DNA of 64,000 nucleotides from Angustibacter luteus (GTDB lineage Bacteria > Actinomycetota > Actinomycetes > Actinomycetales > Angustibacteraceae): positions 434,001 through 498,000 of the forward strand of contig NZ_BAABFP010000007.1 in assembly GCF_039541115.1 (NCBI RefSeq), written 5' to 3'. The notes under the pieces are model-generated. The model was not told the origin of the DNA. It did no database searches and saw nothing but the letters and a program-made list of their open reading frames with translations. The position numbers and the translations under genes are program-made. How positions within the stretch are numbered: the first letter of the stretch is position 1; each line of letters opens with the position of its first letter. This document shows positions 10,292-20,643 of this stretch, one piece after another.

Positions 10292-10369
10292 CGGCGGTGT
10301 CGGGCGGCCGGGGAGGTCGAGTTCCGGGCCGTGCGGGGGGCCGACCTCGAACCCCCGTACGCTTTCCCC

Positions 10370-11722
10370 GTGCCGGACGACGAAGAGGTGACCACCCGCC
10401 TGGTCGAGGTCGAGCAGGCGATCCTGGCCCGCACCCCCGAGAACCAGATCGAGCCGTCCATCGAGGCCATCACCCAGCTGATGGAGCTCATGGGCGACCC
10501 CCAGCGCACCATCCCGGTCGTGCACATCACCGGTACCAACGGCAAGACGTCGACGTCCAGGATGATCGAGCGCCTGCTGCGTGAGCTCGGCCTGCGGACC
10601 GGCCGGTTCACCAGCCCGCACCTGTCCGACATCCGCGAGCGGATCGCGTTCGACGGCGAGCCGGTCAGCCCGCAGCGCTTCGTCGCGGCCTGGGACGACA
10701 TCGCCCCCTACCTGCAGATCATCGACCAGCGCTGCGCCGACGCGGGCGAACCGCAGATCAACTACTTCCAGGTGCTCACGGCGATGGCGTTCTCGGCGTT
10801 CGCGGACGCCCCGGTCGACGTCGCCGTGCTCGAGGTGGGCCTCGGCGGCACCTGGGACTCCACCAACGTCGCCGACGGCCAGGTCGCCGTGATCACGCCG
10901 ATCGCGATCGACCACGAGCGGCTGCTCGGGTCGACGGTCGAGCAGATCGCCACCGAGAAGGCCGGGATCATCAAGGCCGGTGCGGTTGCCGTCCTCGGGC
11001 AGCAGACCCGACCCGCCGCCGAGGTCCTGCTGGCCCGTGCCGGCGAGGTGGGGGCGGACGTCGTCCTCGATGGCCAGCAGGTGGGCCTGCTGTCCCGCGA
11101 GATCGCTGTGGGCGGGCAGCTGCTCAGCGTCCGCGGGCTGGGCGGCGACTACGAGGACCTCTTCCTCCCGCTGCACGGCGAGCACCAGGCGCACAACCTG
11201 GTCACCGCCATCGCCGCGGTCGAGGCGTTCGTCGGAGGCGGTCAGGAACGGCTCGACCCGGACGTCGTCCGCACGGCTGTCGCGGACATGGACTCACCCG
11301 GCCGGCTCGAGGTCGTCCGACGCAGCCCCACCGTCGTCGTGGACGCCGCGCACAACCCGGCCGGTGCCCAGGTCGTGGCGGACGCCATGGACGAGGCGTT
11401 CGCCTTCACCCGACTCGTCGGCCTCGTCGCCGTGCTCAGCGAGAAGGACCCCGAGGGGATCCTCGCCGCGCTCGAGCCCGTGCTGGACGAGGTCGTCGTC
11501 ACCCGGACGTCGTCCCCGCGCTCGGTGGACCCCGACGACCTCGCTGAGGTGGCCCGGGACGTCTTCGGTGAGGACCGCGTGCACGTCGCCCGCAACCTGC
11601 CCGAGGGCCTCGGGATGGCCGTGGACCTCGCGGAGCGGAACGGCGACCTCGGCGCCGGCGTGCTGGCCACGGGCTCGGTGACGATGGCCGCCGACGTCCG
11701 GACCCTCCTGGGGCTGCGGTGA
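10370..11722 (+). CDS. folC: Folylpolyglutamate synthase/dihydrofolate synthase
   Basis: ITGTNGKTS, FTSPHL, EVGLGGTWDSTN, PGRLE, DAAHNP. Start set at GTG 10370 (TACGCT-N6-GTG). Confidence 0.95.
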   Translation: MPDDEEVTTRLVEVEQAILARTPENQIEPSIEAITQLMELMGDPQRTIPVVHITGTNGKTSTSRMIERLLRELGLRTGRFTSPHLSDIRERIAFDGEPVSPQRFVAAWDDIAPYLQIIDQRCADAGEPQINYFQVLTAMAFSAFADAPVDVAVLEVGLGGTWDSTNVADGQVAVITPIAIDHERLLGSTVEQIATEKAGIIKAGAVAVLGQQTRPAAEVLLARAGEVGADVVLDGQQVGLLSREIAVGGQLLSVRGLGGDYEDLFLPLHGEHQAHNLVTAIAAVEAFVGGGQERLDPDVVRTAVADMDSPGRLEVVRRSPTVVVDAAHNPAGAQVVADAMDEAFAFTRLVGLVAVLSEKDPEGILAALEPVLDEVVVTRTSSPRSVDPDDLAEVARDVFGEDRVHVARNLPEGLGMAVDLAERNGDLGAGVLATGSVTMAADVRTLLGLR

Positions 11723-12132
11723 GCGACGACGTCCCTTCGGCGGAGCCCCGCTCGCTGCGGCGGTCCTTCGCGGCGATGGTGCTGGTCGGCGAGGTCTTCG
11801 TCGTCGGGTTCGCGTCGCTGGTCGCCAAGGACCTGTCGGACGTGTCCGGGCGCACGCTCGGGATCGTCGCCGGCGGGACGGCGGTGCTGTGCCTGCTCGC
11901 CGCGGGGCTGTTGCGCTCCCGGACCGGGTACCTGCTGGGCTGGGCCGTCCAGGTGCTCCTCGTGCTGAGCGGGTTCTGGGTGCCGATGATGTTCGTCGTC
12001 GGCCTGCTGTTCGGCGGCATCTGGTTCGCCGCGCTGCACTTCGGCGCCCAGGCCGACGCGATCACGGCCCAGCGGCTGGCGGCGGCTAGGGTTGACCGCG
12101 ATCCAGCGACCCCCACGGAAGGTGCCCCATGA
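11719..12132 (+). CDS. DUF4233 family membrane protein
   Basis: Four hydrophobic helices; the usual actinobacterial position between folC and ndk, overlapping both. Confidence 0.8.
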   Translation: MSDDVPSAEPRSLRRSFAAMVLVGEVFVVGFASLVAKDLSDVSGRTLGIVAGGTAVLCLLAAGLLRSRTGYLLGWAVQVLLVLSGFWVPMMFVVGLLFGGIWFAALHFGAQADAITAQRLAAARVDRDPATPTEGAP

Positions 12133-12551
12133 CCGAGCGCAGCCTCGTCCTCGTCAAGCCGGACGGCGTGCGTCGCGGCCTCACCGGTGAGGTGCTGCAC
12201 CGGATCGAGGGGAAGGGCTACGAGCTGGTCGCGCTGGACCGGCGCACCGTGGGCCGCGACATCCTCGCCGAGCACTACGCCGAGCACGAGGGCAAGCCCT
12301 TCTACGAGCCGCTCGTCGAGTTCATGTCCTCCGGCCCGGTCGTCGCCGTCGTCATCGAGGGCGAGCGCTGCATCGAGGGCTTCCGGGCGCTTGCCGGCGC
12401 CACGGACCCCACCGCGGCGCTGCCCGGCACGATCCGCGGGGACCTCGGCCGCGACTGGGGCTTGAAGGTCCAGCAGAACCTCGTCCACGGATCGGACTCA
12501 CCGGAGTCCGCATCGCGGGAGATCGCGATCTGGTTCCCCCATCTGGCCTGA
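12129..12551 (+). CDS. ndk: Nucleoside diphosphate kinase
   Basis: LVKPDGV, PGTIRGD, NLVHGSDS (catalytic His). Confidence 0.97.
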   Translation: MTERSLVLVKPDGVRRGLTGEVLHRIEGKGYELVALDRRTVGRDILAEHYAEHEGKPFYEPLVEFMSSGPVVAVVIEGERCIEGFRALAGATDPTAALPGTIRGDLGRDWGLKVQQNLVHGSDSPESASREIAIWFPHLA

Positions 12552-12640
12552 TCGGCTGGTCCGAATCGTCAGCGCGACCACGTACCATGACGTCCGAAAC
12601 CTCCTGAGTCAGCGATCCGGAAGTCGTGGTACCCCCCAAC

Positions 12641-13669
12641 ATGAGCAGCCTGTCCTTCATCGGTCGTGACATGGCCGTCGACCTCGGCACCGCCAACACG
12701 CTCGTCTACGTCCGAGGGCGCGGCATCGTGCTCGACGAGCCCAGCGTCGTCGCCATCGACGAGCACACCGGCCGCATGGTGGCCGTCGGCATCGAGGCCA
12801 AGCGGATGATCGGCCGCACGCCCGGCTACATCAAGGCGATCCGCCCCCTGAAGGACGGCGTGATCAGCGACGCCGACACCACCGAGCGGATGCTGCGCTA
12901 CTTCATCCACAAGGTGCACAAGCGCTCGCGCTTCGCCCGGCCGCGCATCGTGATCTGCGTGCCCAGCGGCATCACCGGCGTCGAGCGCCGCGCCGTCGAG
13001 GACGCTGCCAGCCACGCCGGAGCCCGCCGGGTCTACATCATCGAGGAGCCGATGGCCGCCGCGATAGGCGCCGGCCTGCCCATCGAGGACCCGACCGGCA
13101 ACATGGTCGTCGACATCGGTGGCGGCACCACCGAGGTCGCCGTGATCAGTCTCGGCGGCATCGTGACGGCCCAGTCGATCCGGGTGGCCGGGGACGAGCT
13201 GGACAACGCGATCATCCAGTACGTCAAGAAGGAGTACTCGCTGATGCTCGGCGAGCGCTCCGCCGAGGAGATCAAGATGAGCATCGGCTCGGCGTTCCCG
13301 CTGAGCGAGGAGCCCACCGCCGAGATCCGCGGCCGGGACCTCGTCAGCGGCCTGCCGAAGACGATCACGGTGGGCGCGGAGGAGATCCGCAAGGCCATCG
13401 AGGAGCCCGTCAACGCGATCGTCGACGCCGTGAAGTCCACCCTCGACAAGTGCCCGCCCGAGCTGTCCGGCGACATCATGGACCGCGGCATCGTGCTGAC
13501 CGGGGGCGGCGCGTCGCTCAAGGGTCTGGACGAGCGGCTGCGGCACGAGACGGGCATGCCGATCCACGTGGCCGACGAGCCGCTGATGTCGGTGGCGCTC
13601 GGCTCCGGTCGGTGCGTCGAGGACTTCGACGCCCTGCAGCGTGTGCTCGTGCCCGAACGACGTATGTGA
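12641..13669 (+). CDS. mreB: Rod shape-determining protein MreB
   Basis: [35 protein letters not shown]. Confidence 0.97.
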   Translation: MSSLSFIGRDMAVDLGTANTLVYVRGRGIVLDEPSVVAIDEHTGRMVAVGIEAKRMIGRTPGYIKAIRPLKDGVISDADTTERMLRYFIHKVHKRSRFARPRIVICVPSGITGVERRAVEDAASHAGARRVYIIEEPMAAAIGAGLPIEDPTGNMVVDIGGGTTEVAVISLGGIVTAQSIRVAGDELDNAIIQYVKKEYSLMLGERSAEEIKMSIGSAFPLSEEPTAEIRGRDLVSGLPKTITVGAEEIRKAIEEPVNAIVDAVKSTLDKCPPELSGDIMDRGIVLTGGGASLKGLDERLRHETGMPIHVADEPLMSVALGSGRCVEDFDALQRVLVPERRM

Positions 13670-13729
13670 CGAGCTCGACGTGAACGCCATCTGCTGCCCC
13701 GCTCCGGGCCGCTCTCGCCTGGACGCCTA

Positions 13730-14641
13730 GTGCCGCGGCCGTCGCGACGCCCACCGCGTCGTTCTCGCGCCATCCTCGCCCCGCTGGTCGTGCTCACCGC
13801 GGCCCTGCTGCTGCTGGACGTGTTCGCCTCACCCGGTGGGGCCGGCGACCGGGTGCGCGGGGTCACCTCGACCGTCCTGGGACCGGCCGAGGGCGCCGTC
13901 ACCGGCGCTGCCCGGGCGATCTCGGACGCCGCCTCCGGGCTGACCGGGCACAACCGCGCGCAGCTGGACGAGCTGCGCCGGCAGAACGACGCGCTGCGGC
14001 TGGCGGAGCGCGCCAGCCAGGACGACCGGCGCCGCGCCGAGGAGGCCGACGCCCTGCTCAGGACAGCCGGCCTGGGGCGGTACCGCGTGGTCGCCGCGCG
14101 GGTCGTCGCCGTCTCGTCCGAGCAGGCTTCGCACCGCATGGTCACGCTGGACGCGGGCAGCCGGGACGGTGTGAAGCCCGAGCTCACGGTGCTGTCCGGC
14201 CAAGGCCTGGTGGGCCGCGTGGTTCGGGTGGGTCCGACGACCTGCGACGTGCTCCTGCTCACCGACCCGACGTTCTCGGTGGGCGTGCGCCTGGAGGCGA
14301 GCGGACTGATCGGGGTCGCGTCCGGCAACGACGACCTGCCGATGAGCCTGAAGCTGCTGGACGCGCAGACCAAGGTGGTGCCGGGCGCCAGGCTCGTCAC
14401 CCTGGGCAGCGCCGGCGGCTCGCCGTTCGTCCCCGGAGTGCCGGTGGGTGAGGTGAAGTCGGTGCGCACCGCGCCCGGCACCCTGTCCCGGACCGGGCAG
14501 GTGAACCCCTACGTCGAGCCCGCCCGCCTCGACCTGGTCGGCATCGTCGTCCAGCCGCCGCGCACCGACCCGCGCGACGCCGTGCTGCCTCCCCGGCCGA
14601 CTGCGACGGCCAGCCCGACCGCGACCGGAGGTGCGGGATGA
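13730..14641 (+). CDS. mreC: Rod shape-determining protein MreC
   Basis: TM helix, coiled coil, LDAGSRDGV...GLVGRV, VPGVPVGEV; follows mreB. Confidence 0.92.
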   Translation: MPRPSRRPPRRSRAILAPLVVLTAALLLLDVFASPGGAGDRVRGVTSTVLGPAEGAVTGAARAISDAASGLTGHNRAQLDELRRQNDALRLAERASQDDRRRAEEADALLRTAGLGRYRVVAARVVAVSSEQASHRMVTLDAGSRDGVKPELTVLSGQGLVGRVVRVGPTTCDVLLLTDPTFSVGVRLEASGLIGVASGNDDLPMSLKLLDAQTKVVPGARLVTLGSAGGSPFVPGVPVGEVKSVRTAPGTLSRTGQVNPYVEPARLDLVGIVVQPPRTDPRDAVLPPRPTATASPTATGGAG

Positions 14642-15153
14642 GCGCCCCCCGCATCGTGCTGGCCGCCGGGCTCGTGGTGCTCGCCCAGCTGCTGAACGTC
14701 TGCGTCCTGGCCCGCTGGTCCTGGCCGGGCGCCACCCCGGACCTCACGCTGCTCGTCGTGGTCGCGCTCGCGCTGCTCGGGGGGCCGGCGTCCGGTGTGG
14801 TGGCGGGTCTGTCCGCTGGCCTGCTGGTCGATCTCACGCCGCCGGGGGCCGGCCCGCTGGGTCTGACTGCGGTCGCCTACGCGCTGGCCGGTGCGGTCGC
14901 CGGGCGCTGGCACCGCCCCGGTGAGCGGTCCCTGCTGCTGCCGGTGACCGCTGCGGCTGCGGCCGCGCTGGTGGCGAGCGCCGTGCAGGCCCTGATCCCG
15001 CTGCTCAGCGGACGCGAGAGCATCGGTTCCACCCTGACCGGCCTGGGGGCGTCCGTCCTGTACGCGGTGCTGGGCGCGCTCGTCGTGGTCCCGGTGGTGG
15101 TCCTGCTGGACCGCCTCGTGGAGGGCGACCCGGCCGAGGCGGTGCGGCTGTGA
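14638..15153 (+). CDS. mreD: Rod shape-determining protein MreD
   Basis: Hydrophobic; PDLTLLVVV...GL.AGLLVDL.PP; overlaps mreC and pbp2. Confidence 0.9.
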   Translation: MSAPRIVLAAGLVVLAQLLNVCVLARWSWPGATPDLTLLVVVALALLGGPASGVVAGLSAGLLVDLTPPGAGPLGLTAVAYALAGAVAGRWHRPGERSLLLPVTAAAAAALVASAVQALIPLLSGRESIGSTLTGLGASVLYAVLGALVVVPVVVLLDRLVEGDPAEAVRL

Positions 15154-17336
15154 AGCGCACCACGGGCCGCGGCACCCGGCTGCTCGTCGTCGGCGTGTTC
15201 GTGCTGTCCCTGATGGTGACGCTCGGCGCGCGCCTGTTCACGGTCCAGGTCGTCGGCGCTGACGGGTACCGGGCGGCCGCCTCGACCAACCGCGAGCGCG
15301 AGATCGTCACGCCGGCGGTGCGGGGGCTGGTGCTGGACGACCGCGGCCGGCCGCTGATCTCGAACCGGTCCGCGCTGGTCGTCTCGGTCAGCCGGACGAC
15401 GCTGCTGGACAGTGCCGACGAGGGCAGGGCGCTCATCACCCGGCTGGCCACGGCGCTGCGGCTACCCTTCGCGACCGTCTGGGGACGCACCCAGCTGTGC
15501 GGCACCAAGGGCGCGCCGAAGGCGCCGATCTGCTTCAACGGTGCGCCCTACCAGCCGGTGCCGGTGGCGCAGGACGTCGACCCGCGCATCGCGCTGCAGA
15601 TCATGGAGCGCAGCGAGGACTTCCCGGGGGTCACCGCTGAGCTCCAGGCGGTCCGCACGATCCCCGAGCCGCTCGGAGTGAACGCCGCGCACCTGCTCGG
15701 CTACCTCGGGCCGGTGACCGACGCGGAGCTGAAGGCGAGCTCGGCGGCGGCGCGTGAGGGGCGAGCCGAGCTCCAGCGCACGGACCGGGTCGGCCGCGCG
15801 GGTCTGGAGAAGGAGTACGACACGGCCCTGCGCGGGTCGCCCGGTGTCACCGACGTGGGGGTCGACATCCGCGGCCGGGTCACCGGCGAGCTGTCCAGCA
15901 CGGAGCCGGTCGCCGGCAACTACGTGGTCACCAGCGTCGACGCGAAGGTCCAGGCAGCGACGGAGAAGGCCCTGGCCAAGGGGATCAAGGAGGCGCGCAA
16001 GCGCACGGACCGGGGCAGTGGAAAGAAGACCAAGGCCGACTCCGGGGCGGCGGTCGTGATGGATGTGCGCACCGGTCAGATCGTCGCGATGGCCAGCTGG
16101 CCGACGTACGACCCGAAGGTGTGGCTGGGCGGCATCACCGACACCGAGCTGGCTGGACTGACTGACGAGAGGGCCGGGACGCCGATGGTCTCCCGGGCGA
16201 CCCAGGGCCTGTTCCCACCGGCGTCCACCTTCAAGGTGGTCTCGCTGCCCGCGGCGGTGCAGAGCGGCTACAACCTGCACGGCAGCTACCAGTGCGGCAG
16301 CTCGTACCAGGTGGGGGAGCGCGCCTTCCACAACTACGAGTCCGAGGCGTACGGCACCATCGACCTGCACAAGGCGATCGTGGTGTCCTGCGACACGATC
16401 TTCTACAAGTTCGCCTACGAGACGTGGCTGCGGCTGGGTGGGTCGGACAACCACAGCGACGCCAGGGACCCGTTCGTGGCGATGGCCAAGGCGTTTGGGC
16501 TGGGCAAGGACACCGGGATCGACCTGCCGGACGACGTCGCCGGCCGGATCCCGGACCGGGCCTGGAAGCAGGCGTACTGGGAGGACACCCGAAAGTACTA
16601 CTGCGGCAAGGCGAAGAGCGGCTTCCCGGAAGTCGCGAAGGACGACCCGTCCCGCGCGGCGTTCCTGACCCAGCTGGCCAAGGAGAACTGCGCCGACGGC
16701 AACGTGTTCCGCGGCGGTGACGCGGCGAACTTCGCGATCGGGCAGGGTGACGTGAGCGTGTCGCCGCTGCAGATGGTGCGGGTGTACGCGGCCATCGCGA
16801 ACGGCGGCACGCTCTGGACGCCACACCTGGGCAAGGCGATCGTGTCGCCCGCGGGCAAGGTCGTGCAGCGCATCGCGCCGAAGAAGGCGGGGACCGTGCC
16901 GCTGCGGCACGACGTGCTGAAGTTCCTGCAGAGCGCCCTGCGCGGCGTGGTGACGTCAGGGACGGGTCGGGGGGTGTTCGCCGGGTTCCCGGTGCCGGTG
17001 GCAGGCAAGACGGGCACCGGCGAGGTGTACGGAAAGCAGGCCACCTCGTGGTTCTCGTCGTACGCGCCGTCGAACAACCCGCAGTACGCCGTGTCCGTCG
17101 TCGTCAGCCAGGGTGGCACCGGTGCCACCACCGCGGCGCCCATCGTGCGGGACATCTACTCCGCGATCTACGGCGTGCAGGGCAACAGGATCGTGAAGTC
17201 GAAGGCGGCCCTGCCCGGTGGCCGCCCGCCGGCCGCCCTGCCGACGATCAGGCCGGACGGAACCATCCAGACCCCGGAGGGGCCGGTCGCCTCGACCCAG
17301 GGCCTGCCCGACCCGCGGGTCAGGGCCTCGCGATGA
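15150..17336 (+). CDS. mrdA: Penicillin-binding protein 2 (class B)
   Basis: PAVRG, GRAGLEKEYD, SxxK (STFK), SCD, IGQG, KTGT. Confidence 0.95.
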   Translation: MKRTTGRGTRLLVVGVFVLSLMVTLGARLFTVQVVGADGYRAAASTNREREIVTPAVRGLVLDDRGRPLISNRSALVVSVSRTTLLDSADEGRALITRLATALRLPFATVWGRTQLCGTKGAPKAPICFNGAPYQPVPVAQDVDPRIALQIMERSEDFPGVTAELQAVRTIPEPLGVNAAHLLGYLGPVTDAELKASSAAAREGRAELQRTDRVGRAGLEKEYDTALRGSPGVTDVGVDIRGRVTGELSSTEPVAGNYVVTSVDAKVQAATEKALAKGIKEARKRTDRGSGKKTKADSGAAVVMDVRTGQIVAMASWPTYDPKVWLGGITDTELAGLTDERAGTPMVSRATQGLFPPASTFKVVSLPAAVQSGYNLHGSYQCGSSYQVGERAFHNYESEAYGTIDLHKAIVVSCDTIFYKFAYETWLRLGGSDNHSDARDPFVAMAKAFGLGKDTGIDLPDDVAGRIPDRAWKQAYWEDTRKYYCGKAKSGFPEVAKDDPSRAAFLTQLAKENCADGNVFRGGDAANFAIGQGDVSVSPLQMVRVYAAIANGGTLWTPHLGKAIVSPAGKVVQRIAPKKAGTVPLRHDVLKFLQSALRGVVTSGTGRGVFAGFPVPVAGKTGTGEVYGKQATSWFSSYAPSNNPQYAVSVVVSQGGTGATTAAPIVRDIYSAIYGVQGNRIVKSKAALPGGRPPAALPTIRPDGTIQTPEGPVASTQGLPDPRVRASR

Positions 17337-18487
17337 GCACCATGGGCTGGCTGGACACCCGGTCCCGCCGGGCGCGCGAGAACGGCAGTGTCTGGGTGCG
17401 GCTCGACTGGGGGCTGCTGGTCGCTGCTCTCGCGCTGTCCCTGATCGGCGCCCTGCTCATCTGGTCGGCGACCCGTCGCGTCGAGGGCGACGCGCTGATG
17501 ATCCGGCACCTGGTGAACCTCGCCATCGGGCTGCTGCTCGGCGGCGCGGTCGCCCTGGTCGACTACCGCGGCCTGCGCGCCTACTCGCCCGTGCTCTACG
17601 TGCTGTCCATCATCGGGCTCGTCGTCGTGCTCACCCCGCTGGGCTCGACCATCAACGGCTCGCACTCGTGGATCGTGCTGCCGCTGGGGTTCTCGGTGCA
17701 GCCGTCGGAGTTCGCGAAGGTGGCGCTCGTGGTGGCGCTGGCCCTGCTGCTCGCCGAGAAGCGTGATGCGGACGACACGCCGCGGCACGTCGACGTGGCG
17801 CTGGCTCTGGTGGTGGCCGCGATCCCCATGGCCCTGGTGATGCTCCAGCCGGACCTCGGCTCGGTGCTGGTGCTGGCGGCCCTGCTGGTGGGGGTCGTCG
17901 CGGCTTCCGGCGCGCCGGCGCGCTGGGTGGTCGGGCTGCTCGTCGTCGGTGCCGTCGGCATCGCGGTCGGGCTGGGCACCAACGTGCTGGACACGTACCA
18001 GAAGGACCGGTTGACCGCCTTCGCCGACCCCAGTGTCGACCCGCGCGGGATCGGGTACCAGACCCGGCAGGTGCGCATCGCGATCGGCAGCGGTGGCCTG
18101 GACGGGCAGGGCCTGTTCCACGGCACGCAGACCCAGGGCGGGTTCGTGCCGTACCAGCAGACGGACTTCGTGTTCTCGGTCGCGGGTGAGGAGCTCGGCT
18201 TCCTCGGCGCGGCCACGATCCTGCTGCTGGAAGGCTTCATCCTCGTCCGCGGTCTGCTGATCGCGGCCCGGGCCGAGGAGCTCTTCGGCCGTCTGGTCGC
18301 GGTCGGGGTGGTGTGCTGGTTCACCTTCCAGGTCTTCGAGAACGTCGGGATGAACCTGGGAATCATGCCGGTGACCGGCCTGCCGCTGCCCTTCGTGTCG
18401 TACGGCGGCTCCTCGATGTTCGCGTCCTGGCTGGCGATCGGGTTGCTGCAGAACGTCCGCCTCGGCATGAGCTCGCGCTTCACCTGA
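17333..18487 (+). CDS. rodA: Rod shape-determining protein RodA (SEDS family)
   Basis: QPSEFAK, QPDLG, TDFVFSVAGEELG, PVTGLPLPFVSYGGS. ATG 17333 overlaps the pbp2 stop. Confidence 0.95.
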   Translation: MSTMGWLDTRSRRARENGSVWVRLDWGLLVAALALSLIGALLIWSATRRVEGDALMIRHLVNLAIGLLLGGAVALVDYRGLRAYSPVLYVLSIIGLVVVLTPLGSTINGSHSWIVLPLGFSVQPSEFAKVALVVALALLLAEKRDADDTPRHVDVALALVVAAIPMALVMLQPDLGSVLVLAALLVGVVAASGAPARWVVGLLVVGAVGIAVGLGTNVLDTYQKDRLTAFADPSVDPRGIGYQTRQVRIAIGSGGLDGQGLFHGTQTQGGFVPYQQTDFVFSVAGEELGFLGAATILLLEGFILVRGLLIAARAEELFGRLVAVGVVCWFTFQVFENVGMNLGIMPVTGLPLPFVSYGGSSMFASWLAIGLLQNVRLGMSSRFT

Positions 18488-18678
18488 TCGGCCCGCCAGA
18501 GGCCCAGTGGCAGGAACGGCGCCGCGGATCTGTCACACTGGTGGGTAGCGGCTCCGGTGAACCCACCTGGCCGCGGTCGAGTGCAGTGCCTCACCACGAG
18601 GCCCAGGTATGCCGCGATGACGTCGCGGGTCGCCACGCATCAACGGCCACCCCGTACCTCATCGAGAGGCAGTACCCC

Positions 18679-20109
18679 TTGTCTGACACCACCTCTGCTG
18701 TGCCCGGCTTCGCTGATCTCGGCGTCGACGCACGGCTCGTCCGCTCGCTCGCCGAGCGCGGCATCACCACCCCCTTCCCGATCCAGGCCAAGACGCTGCC
18801 GGACGCGCTGGCCGGCCGCGACGTCCTCGGCAAGGGCAAGACGGGCAGCGGCAAGACCGTCGCCTTCGCCCTGCCGACCGTGACCGCGCTCGCCAGCAGC
18901 GGCCGCACCCGCCGTCCGAACCGCCCTCGCGCCCTGGTCCTGCTGCCCACCCGTGAGCTCGCCTCCCAGGTCGCCGAAACCATCACGCCGCTGGCAAAGG
19001 CGTTGGGGCTCAACGTCACCACGATCTTCGGCGGTGTCGGCCAGAACCCGCAGGTCTCCGCGCTGCGGGCCGGCGTCGACATCCTCGTCGCGTGCCCCGG
19101 CCGCCTCGAGGACCTGATGGGCCAGGGCCACGTCGTCCTGGATGCGATCGAGGTCACAGTCCTGGACGAGGCGGACCACATGGCCGACCTCGGCTTCCTG
19201 CCCGGCGTCAAGCGCATCATGGACAAGACGCCCCGCGGTACCCAGCGACTGCTCTTCTCCGCCACGCTGGACAACGGCATCGACGTCCTGGTCAAGCGGT
19301 ACCTCAGCAACCCCGTCACCCATGCGGTCGAGCCGGTGAAGGCCGACGCCGCCGCGATGGAGCACCACGTGCTCGCGGTCGACAAGGAGCACAAGCCGGA
19401 CGTCGTCCGCGCCCTCGCGGGTGGCCAGGGCCGAAGCCTGCTCTTCATGCGCACCAAGCACACCGCCAAGAAGCTGGCCAAGCAGCTGACCGCGGCGGGC
19501 ATCCCGGCTGTCGACCTGCACGGCAACCTGTCGCAGAACGCCCGTGAGCGGAACCTCGCCGCGTTCTCCGACGGCAGCGTCAAGGTGCTCGTGGCGACCG
19601 ACATCGCGGCTCGGGGCATCCACGTGGACGACATCAACCTGGTCGTGCACGTCGACCCGCCGGCCGAGCACAAGGCGTACACCCACCGCTCGGGTCGCAC
19701 GGCCCGCGCCGGTGCCGCCGGGGTCGTCGTCACGATCATGACGCCGGACCAGCACGGCGACGTGCGCTCGCTCACCCGTCAGGCCGGCATCCGTCCGCAG
19801 CAGGCGGTCGTCGTCCCGGGCGACGAGCTGCTCAGCAAGCTCGCCGGGCCGCCCGCCGAGTACGTCCAGCCCGCCGCTGCCGCGCCAGCCGCACAGCCGG
19901 TGCAGCGCAAGGGTTCTGCGCGCTCGTCGCGTCCCGGCCAGGGTCGTTCGAGCGGTCAGGCGTCGTCCGGCGGGCAGTCCCGTTCCGGCGCCCCGTCACG
20001 CGGGCGCGCTCAGGGTGGCGGCGCGGGCCGTGCCACCCACGACAACCAGAGTGGTGGACAGCCGACCGGTGGCGGCGGACGACGTCGCCGCCGTCCCAGC
20101 GCGCGCTGA
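18679..20109 (+). CDS. DEAD-box RNA helicase
   Basis: Q motif PFPIQ, GKTGSGKT, PTRELA, DEAD, SAT, HRSGRTAR; Gly/Arg/Ser-rich tail. TTG start after SD GAGAGG. Confidence 0.95.
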   Translation: MSDTTSAVPGFADLGVDARLVRSLAERGITTPFPIQAKTLPDALAGRDVLGKGKTGSGKTVAFALPTVTALASSGRTRRPNRPRALVLLPTRELASQVAETITPLAKALGLNVTTIFGGVGQNPQVSALRAGVDILVACPGRLEDLMGQGHVVLDAIEVTVLDEADHMADLGFLPGVKRIMDKTPRGTQRLLFSATLDNGIDVLVKRYLSNPVTHAVEPVKADAAAMEHHVLAVDKEHKPDVVRALAGGQGRSLLFMRTKHTAKKLAKQLTAAGIPAVDLHGNLSQNARERNLAAFSDGSVKVLVATDIAARGIHVDDINLVVHVDPPAEHKAYTHRSGRTARAGAAGVVVTIMTPDQHGDVRSLTRQAGIRPQQAVVVPGDELLSKLAGPPAEYVQPAAAAPAAQPVQRKGSARSSRPGQGRSSGQASSGGQSRSGAPSRGRAQGGGAGRATHDNQSGGQPTGGGGRRRRRPSAR

Positions 20110-20139
20110 GCCCAGCCCCGCCACGACGCGGGTCGGTGG

Positions 20140-20517
20140 TCAGTCGGCTGAGTCGACGTACAGCCACCGCCCGCCCTCGCGGACGAACGTGCTGCGTTCG
20201 CGCTGCACGCCCCGCACCCCGTCGTTGCGGTAGTGGGCGGTGAACTCCACCTCGCCGTCGACGTCCAGGAAGCCGCCGCGCCGGACGTCGGTGACGTCCA
20301 GGCGCACCCAGCGCAGCGCGTCGTCCAGCTCCAGCTCGGACGGCGCGTGCGCGGGGTGCCACGTGCGCAGCAGGTAGTCGCGGTCGCCGACGACGAACGC
20401 GCTGTACCGCGAGCGCATCAGCTGTTCGGCTGTTGCGGCCGTTGACGTCCCGCGGTGCAGCCGGCCGCAGCAGTCCGCGTACGGGTCGCCGGACCCGCAC
20501 GGGCAGTGGTCACCCAT
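20140..20517 (-). CDS. YchJ family (SEC-C motif) protein
   Basis: CPCGSG..Y..CC, TAEQLMRSRYSAF, YLLRTWHP, VEFTAHY, ERSTF...W.Y. Confidence 0.92.
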   Translation of the reverse strand: MGDHCPCGSGDPYADCCGRLHRGTSTAATAEQLMRSRYSAFVVGDRDYLLRTWHPAHAPSELELDDALRWVRLDVTDVRRGGFLDVDGEVEFTAHYRNDGVRGVQRERSTFVREGGRWLYVDSAD

Positions 20518-20643
20518 GGCCCGCATCATCGCGCACGCCCGGCTACGGCCGAGCGCGGGGCGGGGCCGGTCCGCCCTGAGCGCGTTATCCTGGTGGGGCC
20601 CGACGGTCGCCGGGCGTCCCCCACCCATGGAAGGTCCGTCGTC

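Noticed and set aside
6061..10701. 1546-aa antisense ORF, and similar ones at 22793-26992, 20140-22635, 44877-47267 and 3172-4998
   Set aside because: Shadow frames of well-supported genes in GC-rich DNA, with no recognisable motifs. Only the last 125 aa of 20140-22635 (YchJ) look real.
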